The translations under genes and the position numbers were made by a program. The notes under the pieces are model-generated. The model did no database searches. It was given only the letters and a program-made list of their open reading frames with translations, and was not told the DNA's origin. Shown piece by piece: positions 1 through 23,000 of a stretch of DNA of 64,000 nucleotides. The number at the start of each line of letters is the position of its first letter. Position 1 is the first letter of the stretch. Source of the stretch: Balanoglossus misakiensis (Eukaryota; Animalia; Hemichordata). The stretch is from contig CM082578.2 in assembly GCA_040954595.2 (NCBI GenBank), positions 4,322,831 through 4,386,830 of the forward strand, in the 5' to 3' direction.

Positions 1-227
1 CTAACACCCTTTGAAATTTGTTGATCTCAAATTATCTTCAATATCTACTAATCGAGTGATATAATAATTTGAATATCATAAAATGTAATTTGTGACTTGA
101 CATATTTAATGTGGTTGCAGTTTCATTTCCTTCTTTCAAGTTCCTTTTTTATGATTATTTTTTCTTTTAACAATGTGTCGTGACCAAGAAACTGTGTTTA
201 ATACTGGTCTTTGTTTATTTATGGTAG

Positions 228-8785
<8,558 letters not shown>

Positions 8786-10826
8786 CCGCTGTTAGCAGAC
8801 ACAGTACTGTCAGTTTCATGGATTATGGCCAGAATGAAAAAAAAACAACAGATGACAAACGTTCTGTTCCAAAATGATGACATGTGTATAAATAAAACGC
8901 GGAACAGGTGTTTGTTGTTCCATATGTTACACGAGCTTTTCACTTTTTTATTTAGAATGGTAGAGTTAGGGGCCAAATCGGAGAGAAAATTATTCAAGTT
9001 AATAACCTTGATAACAAAACCTTGTGACGCATTCGTTCTTTCAATTTTTATTAGTATACAACTGAGTATATATATATATTAGAAAGGACGAATGTATACA
9101 ACATTTCGGTAAAATAGTATATCACTAATATTGTGCACTTTATACTCAGCTAAGTACACATATCGCAGCTATGAAAAAATTGGATCAAACCAAGCGTGAT
9201 GCATGGTATTGAAATATTTAATCAAAATCCTGAAGGCACATTTGTCTATTTGCATTGCATTGCACCCAGGTAAGAGTCATGACATTTGTACTCTCCGTAA
9301 GGGGCGCTTCATCTGACCAATAAATGTACTAGAAAGGCGAATGAATCTTTCGACAGACTGGAGGGAGTACCACAGAGAATGAACTTTCTGACTGAAGGTG
9401 TTTTAGGCTAAATAGTTTTCGTTAAAATTCTGTTAATGCACTAACGGATAAATCGACTGGTGCACTTAAGCTTAATATTTTTCCTATGTAAGAAGGATTT
9501 TTACTTGCAACTATGTATATAGCCTGATAAAAATAAAGCCGCCACTACTTTTCTACAATAGGGCCAGCCGCGTTTTGTTCTGTGATCCATCATATTGTTT
9601 GTAAAGCTGAGACGATTCACCATTAGATGCCACCTGTAGTAAACAAGCACATCTGTGAGGCGGACCCCGGGAACATTTTGCATCGCACACCAGAGTTCAG
9701 AAATGTAAATCAGTTTATGATTATCGAGCACTGTAACATTTCATCACAGGTGTCTATGCCATGCTGACATTTTACAAAGGAAGAAATTCGTGGTTAACGT
9801 GACAAGCAAGACCCGTCATCAAACATCTCTCTGTCTCTTTAAAAACGTTGGTTTGCATATAGTGGACTTATGGGATGTGTTTATTTTTTTCTGATTTGTT
9901 TGTTTTCGAAAGCGGAACTGTTCGTCAACAATTGTCGTTCGTTTAACGTTGATGGTAGTAAACAAAGCTTACACATTTTACAGTTCATTACATTTTGCTA
10001 TTAAAACACTTAAATTGGCGGTTAGTTCACATAATTACTTATCAACACATGGTCCCTGCCCAACATTCCTGAAACCCATTGAACGTTTTCCTAAATCACC
10101 AATTCTGCACAGAGGAGATGATGCGCTCTCCGGACCTTGCAGGAGTTTTAAATAAACTTGGTGATCTGAGTAGGGATTTTAATAACGTTCAGGACAACGT
10201 GAGAGCAGTTCATTCGCACATTCAATTAGGCCTTTTGGCTTGCATGGAGGATTTGTGTATTGGGAACTGTCATTGTATATATAGTTGCACGGTAGGGAGT
10301 GCTCGTGGAAAAACACTACCTGACGGAAATACTACACCGATGCCAATTCCAACTAACTGGAAACTGTCAAAATGAAGAGTAGCAGACGCAACACTACTCT
10401 ACCATTATCATAATGTACCCTGCATGGGACGAGAGAAGTCAAGGTTCGGCCTGAATGTCGTACATTGGTGACCCTCTCCTTTGTGATCGGAAATCGTCGC
10501 CTATTGTCAGAGTATCATTCATGAAAGTTGCAACGGTCCTGAACGCTTAATATTCTCCGCAGTCATTGTATTTCATTAAAGGATAAACCGAGACAGAAGT
10601 TTTGATTTTATGCAATGGCACCCATAGCGGTGGTCTCCTGGGGGGCTCAGGGTTGCGGTGATAGAGCGCCCCCACTCGTTAATTAAGGAGCACGAGGAAG
10701 GGAAGTATATATCTGTCTACGGACAGTGCCGTATGGGGACACCGCACTAGTAAATAAAATTGTTAAGGAAAACAGGAGGTTTTGAATTGAATTACGCAAC
10801 AAGCAAAGTAGCTTAGGAAAGTAACT

Positions 10827-10832
10827 ATTTAA
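10827..10832 (-). terminator. Candidate polyadenylation signal (ATTAAA) of the mucin gene
   Basis: Minus-strand ATTAAA followed by a GT/T-rich tract, about 1.2 kb after the stop. Other minus-strand AATAAA at about 11117 and 11289, so the site used is unknown. Confidence 0.3.
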
Positions 10833-11993
10833 TATAATTATACAGCGAAAATCTTGTTAAACAATAACAAATAGTAGTTCCAACAGTGCATGAATAAAGA
10901 TTCAAAATCTGCAGTCCATTCGAGATGCACAACGACACTTTTGACACAATTTGGATAATCCCGCTTAATTTTCCTGTCATTTTGAAATTATGTTATCTTT
11001 GTCGTTGTGTTCAGTGAAATAGGCTGATCTGGTTCTTTTTTTTGCTGGACTCGCCCCTGCTGGTGGAATATTGAAATGTAAATTCCCCGTGACCTGTAAT
11101 TGCGATGACATTGCGTTTTATTTACATGGAGAATGACGTCGTCTGTCTGACGAACGACATATGAGTTGTGTTTCGACCCTCGGAGTAAAATAACACCAAA
11201 CATTAAAACAATTGCACTAAAAAATTGAAGGTGGCAATTTTTCTTTCACCCAGGCTTATACCGGGGCATAAAGTACATCTAGATCTTGTTTATTGGCCTC
11301 GAGATTTGGTAAAAAATACATGTATTCTCCAAATAAATACTTTTCATCAAAGTCGGAATTTAAAACGAACAGTCCAAACGTTTACTTTTTATCTTATAAT
11401 CACAGTCACTCCACACATTATACTATAATGTGCGCCAAAAATAAAAGAACATAAGCGTTTTTTAGTATATTATCTGCAGTTAATAGTAGGCTACTACCGC
11501 CTCCAGCAGAAAATGCAGCGAGAAAAATGAAAAATGTCAGAAGAGGACGAATTGAGAAAACTTTACAGACTCTATCATAAGGCTAGAGGATAAATGAAAA
11601 ACTTTGGCGAATGACTACAAAGCTAGTAATAATACCTTTAAATTTCGAAATGTTAAGCTCTATTGTTCATTTACATCAATGTCCGGAATTTATATCACAA
11701 TCGAAGTGAAGATTTTTTTTAAATGCTGAAATATATATTTTAAAAATTACTCAAGCAGTTTCATGACTGATACAATATTGAGACACGTGGTATGGGTTAT
11801 CTAATGTTTCTGTTGTAGAATCTATCGAATGCTGAAACTAAACGTATAATAACTTCAATGATCAGACGATTGATCATGGTCGAAATATTATTCCCGCTTA
11901 CTGGAGCAAATCGCTAGCGATTAATTATAATCTATCATAAACTTAAAATCAAGCTTAAATAACTGGATAGTCTTAATTAATAATCAGCGTATT

Positions 11994-12334
11994 CTAGTCA
12001 TCTGATACAGTTCCATCAGTATCGCTTTCGGGTGTAACGGCATCATCTGAGCCATGTTCACACCGTTTGCAGTCGCAGCTTTCGATGTAGTCGTACGTGT
12101 GGATTTTGACTGTTCCGTCATTGCACGTCAGTTCTACCGTGCGTTTGCTGGACTCCAACACCGAGCAGCACGCGCAGTCCGCTTTGATGTCCTTGGTTTC
12201 GAACGAGTAAGTAGCTCGGCTATCGCAGCGACCCTCACACGAGGCAACGTCGACCAGGGAACCGTTGCTATGGCAGCCGTTCACGCGAACTTCCCTCTTC
12301 TCCACGTGTGGTCTGCACTGACGCACCACCCCTT
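11994..12334 (-). CDS. Terminal exon: C-terminal cystine knot (CTCK) plus acidic tail
   Basis: QC..GC..SCEGRC..CACC..LTC..SCDCKRC, the 11-Cys VWF/mucin CTCK pattern; tail [21 protein letters not shown]. Confidence 0.95.
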
Positions 12335-12487
12335 CTGCAGAAGAAATGCACCAAACAAGAATTGTTAAATAACGAAATGAATCATTTCAGCACGTTCGTA
12401 TCGGTCATCTCGTGTCAATAAATCAGACAAATCCACAGAACTCTTGTTTTGTTTTCTTGTTCGTTGTTGTCTGTTTGTTGTCAGTGC

Positions 12488-12523
<36 letters not shown>

Positions 12524-15500
12524 CGGGGGGGGGGGGGGGGGGTCAAGATCCAAGCAAAGTGAAATTAATTTTCAAGAGTTGCTTGTAATGCTAAGAATAC
12601 ATGTCGGATAATTAGATTATTTTCAAAGAGCGATCGATATCGTGAAAAATTTTCTTGTTTTTTTTGTTTTTCTGACTGATTTTATTCCAGGAATATTCCG
12701 AATAAAACATTTTGACTTACCGCAATATTGACAGCAGTTGCTGCTGTCGTTCTTCACAACATAGAGCTGTAAACAGATAACACATCGACGTCACTTGATA
12801 TCCAATTGCATTATACCACATTGCCTTACTGTGTGTACTGTATTAACTTTGCATTTGAATGTCTTCCGTTGAAATTTATTGTACATGTATTGCACTAGAA
12901 TTCTAAGATTCAGTGCAATATTTGGCCACATGCAGGTATAGTTGTTCTTTGGGATTCAGTGACGGTTGCGCAATATTTATTATGCCACAATTTTATGAGT
13001 GTGAAATTGAATTTCACGGGTTGCTTGATTTATAATTTTGATAATACCAGCAATGTTTTTGGCGCACCCTTCCCACATACAAGATTCAAACCTATGTGAT
13101 CTTCTCTGTATGGCCAAATTGAATTCACGCCAACACTGGTTACCTTTGAATATTTCACTCTGGCGGAATTCATGGAAATGTTTAATCCAACTATGCAAAT
13201 GTGTTGCTCCTATGCAAACAAATGTAAAAGCTCACAAGACTTGGTTGTTTAAAAGTTGCTAAGTCACTTACGGGCGCCTTGCACTTCTCGCGGTCAAATT
13301 CGGGGCACAGTGTATACTCCGGATAGAGTCTTGGAATGCCGTCATTGTCACGTCTGCACATGATCTTGTCACATGGGTTTCTGGCGTTTGGTGGTTTCCC
13401 TACAAAGCCGAGCTGAACGACAAATATAAATAAAACCCAGCATGGTTATTCGACTAGGTCTTTTGAAAAGCACGACCGTACACTTCCTTGTAATCAAGCT
13501 GTGTCATTTACTCGGTAGACGTCCATTTTTCTCAACCAGACACATGACACGCATTTACTTCGCATATTCCATGAAAACTTTGGTAGACGAAGGCTTTAAT
13601 CAAGAAACTTCACAAAAGATACACGCATTAACATGCCGACTTACCTCATACACTCCGCTGTCATCTTTACATTTGGTCACTACGCAGGTGCCGCAGCACT
13701 CTCCCTCCTCGGGTTCTATGTATTCCTCCACCTGCGGCGAGAGAAAAGGAAGTATTGAAGACGAATAATTAAGGTACGAGCATTAAACCCTCGTCGCTTT
13801 CAATTATTATATGAGGCAGCGACTTTAAAATACATAGGCCTAAGCATAGTCATTTGCGTCGAAATTTCGTGAGATCATTCTCAGAAAAAAACAGCTCTTA
13901 TTCTATCAACAGGAAGCCACATCCAGTTTCAGCTAGTCACCTTAAATCTGACCAGCTCTTCTTGAGGTATCTTTGACACAGCACAGAAACATCCGTACGA
14001 CACATTATGCTCACGTGGTTAACCACGTCTGTCAGTCTTAGCAAGCAACGTGACAGCTCTACTTACGTCAGAACAATGTCCCTGTTCCGTTTGCCTACAA
14101 ATCTGGCGAGAACATTCTAGCCGGTAAAAGCCAGTGGCAGGATCTATATCTTCCAGACAGTCGCATGATCTGCACGGATCTCCTCCGACGAGGTCCATAG
14201 TTCCTGGCTACAGTAAATATACACATATAACATATTCTTGAGGAAAGATAGATTCAAACAAAACGGTATAGGGGTTTCGTATATACACACATTTTACATC
14301 TGTTTTTCTGTGAATGCTTATTTACTTAGGCAGAAAGATTCGTTTTGACAGAGTGTTTTCCGGCAGTACACCGCCGACGGGATTACACTGAAAATTCCAC
14401 GGGACGACTGAACTATAATGTATAGTATGTCTGCATGTCTTCTCTGGCAACGAGCAATCAAGATTACTGGGGGTGGTGGTTGTAAGAACTGACAATACGC
14501 GTTATTGGCACAACATGGCAGAGAAAAGGTACTCACATCAACTTCCTCGAGTTGGTTAGTGGACGTGTTGTTCCAAATACAGACTTCCCGTTTAACTGTG
14601 AACATCAAACACAAACAAGAATGTAGACAAATCTTTATGCATAATACAGAAACGAACAACGTTAAAGACATACGGTCATCAAGGCAAATTTAGGTACAGT
14701 TACCATAGCAAACTGAAATCTAGAAAATCACAGATTTTCAGCGGGTGGGGTGGCACAAGTGAAAAAAAGTGCGCCATCATATCATATGTTGTTTTACACT
14801 CAGATACACCATTGTAGCCATACATGGACAAAATTTAATGTAAATATCGAGATGACCATGTACCTTTAATAAATGCATCTTTAGAGATAATCAACTAGTG
14901 TTTAAAACGACACAAAATTATACTATCGAGAAATGAATCTGTAGAATCTCACAAATACTGGAGAATAGACAATTAAACATGTCAATGATCTGCCACTATC
15001 GTTGGATCTGTCAAAAGAACGACCGTGTTTTGTTGCTTCAAAGGAAACCAGTTTTGCAGCCACATATGAAACCATTCTCGCTCCCGTATCCAAAGACAAA
15101 AAGGGTTCCCTTACCACACTTGTTTTCAAAGCAGCCACACTCCTCGTTGATTTGTACAAGTTCACTGGTGTGACCCTATATTGCAATGAAACATTTTATA
15201 AATGAATGAAGTATTTGATCTGAATCGTTGCAGTTGTCTTATTTCCCTGTATTGGTATTTCACATAAGCGTCATCGACCTGACTTCTCTGATATCCGTCT
15301 TCTTTGTCATTTATCAAAATCTCACTATCCTCCATACTCTATCCACTCGGCACTTTAAGCACGACACGTGTACTAGTATCTAAACCTACGCGCGCACACG
15401 CACCCCCCCCCCCCCCCCCACAAGAAAGTGGAGGATGATGTCATCATCGAACTGCTAGAGCGCTCAACAGACGAACTAAATACATAATAAAATGTACGGA

Positions 15501-18090
15501 GTTGGCCAACACATAGGCCACATTTTGCGATCATATAACTGCCAGCCTTAACCAATCATTTGCCTCTATGGAGTTACAATGTATGTTATGATATATCATA
15601 TTTTTTTTTATCTACGATGAATTCATGTACATAATACAGTTGTCGGTATTTACACCAGACACTTACCAATGGACACTCGATTTCAGTCACTTCCGGGCAT
15701 GAGCAAACTGGAAAGAAACAAATGTATGTTATATACCAAGGAGAGTGAATGTGAATGAGCCAGAACGAGTCAAACTGGTTATATACTTGTAAAGTAAACA
15801 ATTGTGACTCCACTATTCTATTAGTGATGCACGATCAAACAAGTTAATGTCATTTTTACTTCTTTTATTTGCAGAGCTGTCCAATTTCAACCTTTGAAGT
15901 ACACAATAAAAAAAACCATCGGTGTTGCCGGAAAAATTAAACCATATACAGGTAGTTATAATTAATGTTGTTGAGGTATACATATGTAACACGCAAATCA
16001 TGCAGTAATTTTCACATCATAACACATATGTTATTTCTTGACAATTTTGCAACGAAAATGCCCCATATTTTGATTGAAAGCAATATTCAAAGAAGGGGTG
16101 GGGGTTCTCCATCAATGCGAAATTCACGATATACGTTTGCTTAATTCACTGAACGAAGAATTAGATTGTTCCTTTGGTATATTGCCTTGCCAATATATAT
16201 TGTTTCAATTATTAAACACGCCAGGGTGTGTGTGCTACACATCATGATGGTATTTTCTGCATACGAGTATATCCCTAAGTATCTAACGGCTGGACTAACC
16301 CGCCAACTGACCCGCGTTACTGAAAAATCGAACAGTTGAGACGGCAACGTCTACTTACCACACTCGAACTCTGGACAACAGGCGTCAGCGCTATCTTGCG
16401 TTTGCTGTGACTCGTGGAATGGTGCGCAGTCTCTGGACGGAGATGGGCATTTTGAAGTCTCGCAAACTGTGTGGGGAATGTAAAAGGGATACGCCATTGT
16501 TGATACTAGGATTGTTAGCTCGATCAATGCATTTCATGCACCTGGCGCGCTTTGACTGAAAAATACACGCCATTAACAGCACATGAACAGAAACCTCCCA
16601 CAGACTGATGGGAGAGTGTCGGAAGACCGAGAAAATTTATCTATTTATTCACCGATTTTGTATTTATACATCCACTCATTCATTTTACAAATCTCTCACT
16701 TTTCTAGCAAATTACTCACTTTGGAAGTGTTGCTTTTCAGCCGGAAAAAAAGATCGTTTTACATTTGTTTTCGTGGCTGCCATTTTGACAATGGGCGACA
16801 CAGCAAAATTCGAATAAGAAATCCCAAAATAAATGAGCGAGTGTTAAATGTTTAAATCATTATCTGTTTTGTCTTCAATTTGTAAAGATTTGTGTGGCGT
16901 CGTGCCTTTAAAGAAAGCGTCTAGTCTATCTATACCGATAACTATATATTGAACGCGATTTTGCACACATCATACTATTGGTTGTGCGCCACACGTAAAT
17001 TACCGGGTTTCACTGATAATTCCCCCAGGGCTATTAATTGGAAAATGAGGGAATTGACAGAATAGCAGAAGTACGTGAATATGCAGAAATGCAAACTGAT
17101 GCTGCTACCGGAGTCGTAATGCAAAATATATTCCACGCAACCGAAAGTAAGTCAATGTCCATTGTAGTAAGGTATGCTTCAAGGTAACTTACCGCATCGG
17201 TATTTGAAACAGCAATCGTCATCACTGTCTTTGTAGGCCTCCATGGATTCGTAAACCTCACAAACTGGCAGCACGACGTTAGGACAAGGCTTGCACACTA
17301 CGAAATTGTCATCGACATTAATATTAATTATGATAGCAAAGTGGTTATAATAACAAAGCCATAGATACCACATGAAACACTACGAAAATGTGCGGTGCTA
17401 ACATTTATTTTTTAAAGACAAGTTTCCATCCAATTTTAAATTCACAATTTAAAATATGAGTACTCCAAGTTTTAAAAACGTACTGTAATTGTTTACCTCA
17501 TTAAGCTTATAAGGTGATACACATTCTCCTAACGTGACTATAATCCATCCACACATCACGAATTACATGAAATACGGGTAATGATATCCACAATACATAT
17601 TTGAAGAGAGGCTTCGCACGATCTCTACTACTTTAATTTTAAATAAAGAGGCCAGGCTTACCGCATTCTGATTTGTTACAACAATCGTTCAAAGCCGAAG
17701 TAATCAATTCCCGGTCTGTTGCACATTCAGGCGTGGGCTGGTAGGATTCAGGCGGACAACCATCTGGGTCGCAAACTGGAAAAACCCAAGCAAAATCATA
17801 CAATCGTTAAATCAAATTATCCGTCCGTCCGTCCAATATTCATCTAGCCAAAGGAGTATTTACTGTCTGTCTGTCTGTGTTAGGGTAAACGAATTGAAGA
17901 GTGGCGATCCTCACCGCATTCGTAGGTAGGGCAGCACTGGCCAGGCGCGCTTTGCCAGTGTCTTGGTGAGAGACAATCGCCATCTGGAGGTGGGTCTGCA
18001 CACTCCACATCAGTACAATAGATAGTGCCGCCAGACAGACAAGTACACGTCCGACATTCATTCGGCTTCCAGGTGTCGTTCAGCTGCAAT

Positions 18091-18144
<54 letters not shown>

Positions 18145-20027
18145 CGACCGGTATCGTTGCTATGACTCACTATGGATGTAGATTGACTCAAATTTGCATT
18201 TGCTCTTTTCCATTTTATTCGGAAGCCATGTTTGCCTGAGCGGCAATGTCTTTGGCGCTATTGTTCATGTGTATAACAAACTGCCAGCTATAAACTCTAA
18301 GCGGCATTTGGTGACGCTTTTCATTCTAGTATACCGTAGCGTAGTTTACCTTCATATAACCACCCTGAATAAATAACAATCAGATATTTTAATGGGAATA
18401 TTCACTGGAATGCTGTCTACAAATTTAAACAACTGAAAAATAAACTTACGAAACGTTTGATGTTATCGTCGTCGTAACACTTCTCTGTAAAACAGAACAT
18501 ACACCTTTAGATGAAGTGTCTATACGGGTCATATTCTACTGACGCAAAGGTATAAACAACCCAAACAGGACGTACGCGAATGCTACCTGATATAAACGTA
18601 CAAATTATTTAAAATCTACTCAAATATCGTTAGGTAGCTAATATGTATTTCTCACAATTGACTATATAGCCTACAACAAACAACAAACTAAAATATCATC
18701 GTGAGTGAGTGTATGTTTTACACAATAATTTGTAGAAAAGGAGACAAGTTTCTCACCACAGGTGGGAACGCATTCAAAATCACTGTCCCACATGTAATTC
18801 TCGGGACAGAAGCAGCCTTCATTTTCAAGTCCCGAGCATTCCGTTGGCGAATCCTGGTTATAGCATGTCTCAATGCAGTCAGAGCCACATGTGCTGTATA
18901 TGCTGTTTGCCGGACAGTCGGGAGGTGCTAAAGGGAGAAAATACAGTGATTAACTTCAATCGCCAAAATGCAATAAGACTAAGATTTTATGTCGTAAAGG
19001 CTGTTCTTCAATTTGTGGTATATCTCAATTATATGTTGTACGGGAACTTTTCGGGGGGGGGGGGGCAATTTTATTCGGCCACTATCGGGAATCGACGTAT
19101 TTTATCGTTGATTAAAATAAGTTATTCTTGATAACTCCATGGATTTATGAACGCGCGTGATGTCCATTCTACCTAGCTACTACCTCCTGTACCTGATTGG
19201 CCAAACTTGCAATCTACTCCACGGACATGCCAGACCAGAATACAAAGTTTACCCGATACTTGATACTTTGCAGGTAAATTTGTACACCACATCTCAGTTG
19301 TAGACATATCACCCTATCACCCGAACGATTGCCCATGACAGCATATCTTTTAACTTTTCCTAGTACGCGGGAAATTCAAAGGTAAAGTGTGCCGAAATCC
19401 GTGTAAAGAAAAGCATTATTTAGGCCATAGTATGAGAGGGTCGGATGTTGTTACATTTGGATGTTTTGTACACTTGATCGCCAAAAGTTTTATTTGTGAG
19501 TTGAGTCATTGAATCACAATCGGTATTATCAACTAATATATATCCACCAAACCTTATGTACACGTTCTAATAAAAATAAATCAAGAGTTGGAAGAGTTGG
19601 CAAAGTCCAGCCATATACTCACGACAGGAAACTGATTCTCTCCAGCCTTCCATACACATGCCTTTGCGGGCGCATTCTTCGGCATAGGCAGCTGCCGTTT
19701 CGCAGAACGTTTCCGTATAACAACTTAGAGTGTATGGTTCAGGATCAACCACTAGCTTGCAATTGTCGAAAAAATCAGGCACGGAACAAGTGTGGTTCTC
19801 TGGGGCCTCAAAACATGATGTTTCATTTCCCACGACCCAACTTGAAACAAACTCGGGAACAGTCTCAGCCAAGGTGTCGTCTGGTTTCATCATGTCATCT
19901 GTTTTAAGGCTGTTGCACGGCCCTTTAAAAATCAATCAAACGACAGAATTGATGAATAAACAAACAAACAAACAAACAAACAAACAAACAAACAAACAAT
20001 TAATTAATTTGTTTGTTTGTTTGTTAA

Positions 20028-20092
<65 letters not shown>

Positions 20093-23000
20093 ATTAACAA
20101 ACAAACAAACGGTGCAGAGAGTTGAGCTTTAACAACGAAAAGGCAGACCCTGGGTTTTCTCTAAGGGACAAAGTAACAAAACTCACCACACAATCCGCGA
20201 GTTGTGCCATAATGTAACGACTGTGGCATCACGATACTAAAGTATTTGTTGGCATCGTTGTATAATATTTCTACATGGATTTCTGGAATCCTTATCATGT
20301 ATCCGACTGCCATCATTTGCATTATCATAATCCCTCCCTCAAACTGGAACGCTACGTTGACGTGTTCTTCACCATTTATCACAACCTACACGGGGAAAGG
20401 TAACAAGCATGATTTCTCGCGGGGGGGGGGGGGGTGAAAACCGTCAAGGATATTTACTCTGGCGGTGTCTGCAACGCAAACGCCCTCACGCGACAGGCGA
20501 TTCGACCAATCAGAGACGAGTATTTCTAGGCTCAGCTAAATCACAGCGACACTCACAACAATCACGTAAACATTGAAAAAGGTGGGTTAATTCGACGAAA
20601 TATGATAATATTTTACTTTTTCAAATGTAATTATAAAGAATAGTTATTGCATCACTCGGTTTGGTATAGTAATGATAATAGATGTTAGTCTTGTTTCGAA
20701 AAACATCGCTGAATTTTCATGAATGTCGATCGCCCACAATTATGAGGGACAATGACTTCCGGGTTTGTCTTGTAAAATCAAAGTCCGTTTTCTCCAAATT
20801 TAAAACGGTTTAGTTTTCAAATTTGTGATTATACAATGCATTGAGGTTCGATTTAACTAATTTATAAACTAAACCAACTGAACCAACGCAATTTTTTGCG
20901 TTATAGAGCTATTTGTACACCATGTGCATTGACGGCAAATCTAAGATGGCGTCGCCCTTACAGCCATAGGATTACATGTGAACCTGAAATGTGTACACAC
21001 GCTTTTTGGCTATTGTTCGATTATATTCGGTGATTCGTATAAGGAAATTTTGTTTTAAAATTATGCAACATTCTTATTGTCCGCGGTAAGTTTGGGATAC
21101 AGAAACGAATGGGAATATGATGGGGAAATAACACATATGCATGTACCTCACAGTTCATGTATTAACATAACATGGCACATATTTTTTCAAAAGTCATCAA
21201 TTTAGTAGTCATAATGTTTTGTCACAGACCATTGTTCAGTTCTAATAGTAAACCCATCTTTTCAACAGAAAGCCCAAAATGTCAGCAAAATTGCATAGTC
21301 TTGCAACAAGTAGTCCAACTGCAAGAAAACTAAAGAAACTGATACGTGAAGAGGAGACCAGTAGTACAACTGCAAATAGACTAACAGAAGATGACCTCTG
21401 TGAACAAATTTTGAAAATGGACAAGACTAGCTGTGACAATCTTCATAGCAAGTAAACTGAGTGTAAAAATAGGACAACACGGCAATGTCCAATCCATAGT
21501 GTCTTCCAGTCCAGTTACTTTGATTTAAAGATTCACAGACCGAGTGTAATTTTTGCAGCTGTGAATATCATTTGTGAGCCATATGTGCAATTTATATTAC
21601 GTCAGTGAGTGATGACCAAGAAAACTTGTCTATACATCATTGCATGAGTTAAATAGCATAATGCAAGATAAAGGGGCCAATATTCATCAAAGTGGGCATA
21701 TAATTATAGTGACTCTGTCTCATTTTGAGTGAATAAATAATTATTTGTCAAATTATCTGACTGTTTGTCTTACCTGTGTAAATATGAATGAATGGCTGTA
21801 GACAACACCCCCCTAGTAACTGAATTATTCTCCACAGCAAGGCCAAGATTAGTTTATACACAAGCCTTGAGACATTTTTCACAAATTCACTTGCCATAGG
21901 GCAAGTGACTTTACTTGTAAGAACACTGCACTTGTCCAGTTGATTAAAAAATTGACATTCCTTCATATCCATATATGTGTGTGGGCGTGCATGTGCATTT
22001 GCAATCACTGGGGGAAGCACTGTATGTTCATAGCATTGTGTAGTTAATGACTTCTATACCAGCAAAGTACTTTAAACAGGAACATTGCATAGCAATACCG
22101 GTTGGCCTTTGAAAAATTCCTGAGGAATTTCCAAGCTAAAAAGTTGCAACACTTCGAAAATTTTCATTAACAAGAATTTACTGATAAATATTAATTTGAA
22201 TTGAAAAAATAAAATGCCACGCCTTGAACGGTGGATAATCAATTGTACTTGGCAGACAGCACAAGTAGATCAGTCGCAGTCCTGGTACATGGTGTAAACC
22301 ATGAGCTCACACGTTTAGCGCAGGTCAAAGGTCGCTTGCCCGTCGGTCAAAGGACTTCATTTTTCACTTGCCCGGGCGTAAATTACACAATCGCGGGCGA
22401 TCTGATTTAACGTTTTTAGCCATTTTTCAATAATAAAAGACTAACAAAGCCTTGTTTAAAATGGTTTGGATACACGACGAGCTCATACCGGAAGTGAACG
22501 GTGTCTCGCAAGAGAATGAAAGCCTGAGGCTGATATGGCTACGATTTGTCGCTAGAGGGCGTTTGCGTTGCAGACACCGCCTGGATATTACTATAATATC
22601 ATCGGATGAGATGATCATGTTACAATATATAAGAGGGAAACGTGTTATTTATGAGAAAAAACACGCGGTGAGTTTGTTGTTAATTGGTATTTTTCAACAG
22701 TACGCCTATCACGTGCACGGACTTTAGAAAGACAGATGGCAAAGTCATAATTTCTTTCCCAATTAATCAATGCACCGATTCCATGACTGTGCAGTATGTA
22801 GACCTTCAAATCTTAGTTAGGTACTGACCTATCGTGGGCAAAAAAAGACGTGGCTACTTGCGTACATATGGCAAAAACAATTGAAATTGGACTATTCTCG
22901 GGACACGTTCTTTTAATAGTCTCACCTTTTTACCCGGACGCAGTTGGACCTCTGTTGTCTTGTAGCGCACAATCAGAGACTGATAACCTCCAGTCTCCTC

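Noticed and set aside
19955-20110. Inverted (AAAC)/(GTTT)/(TAAA) microsatellite hairpin
   Set aside because: Simple low-complexity rearrangement with no evidence of function.
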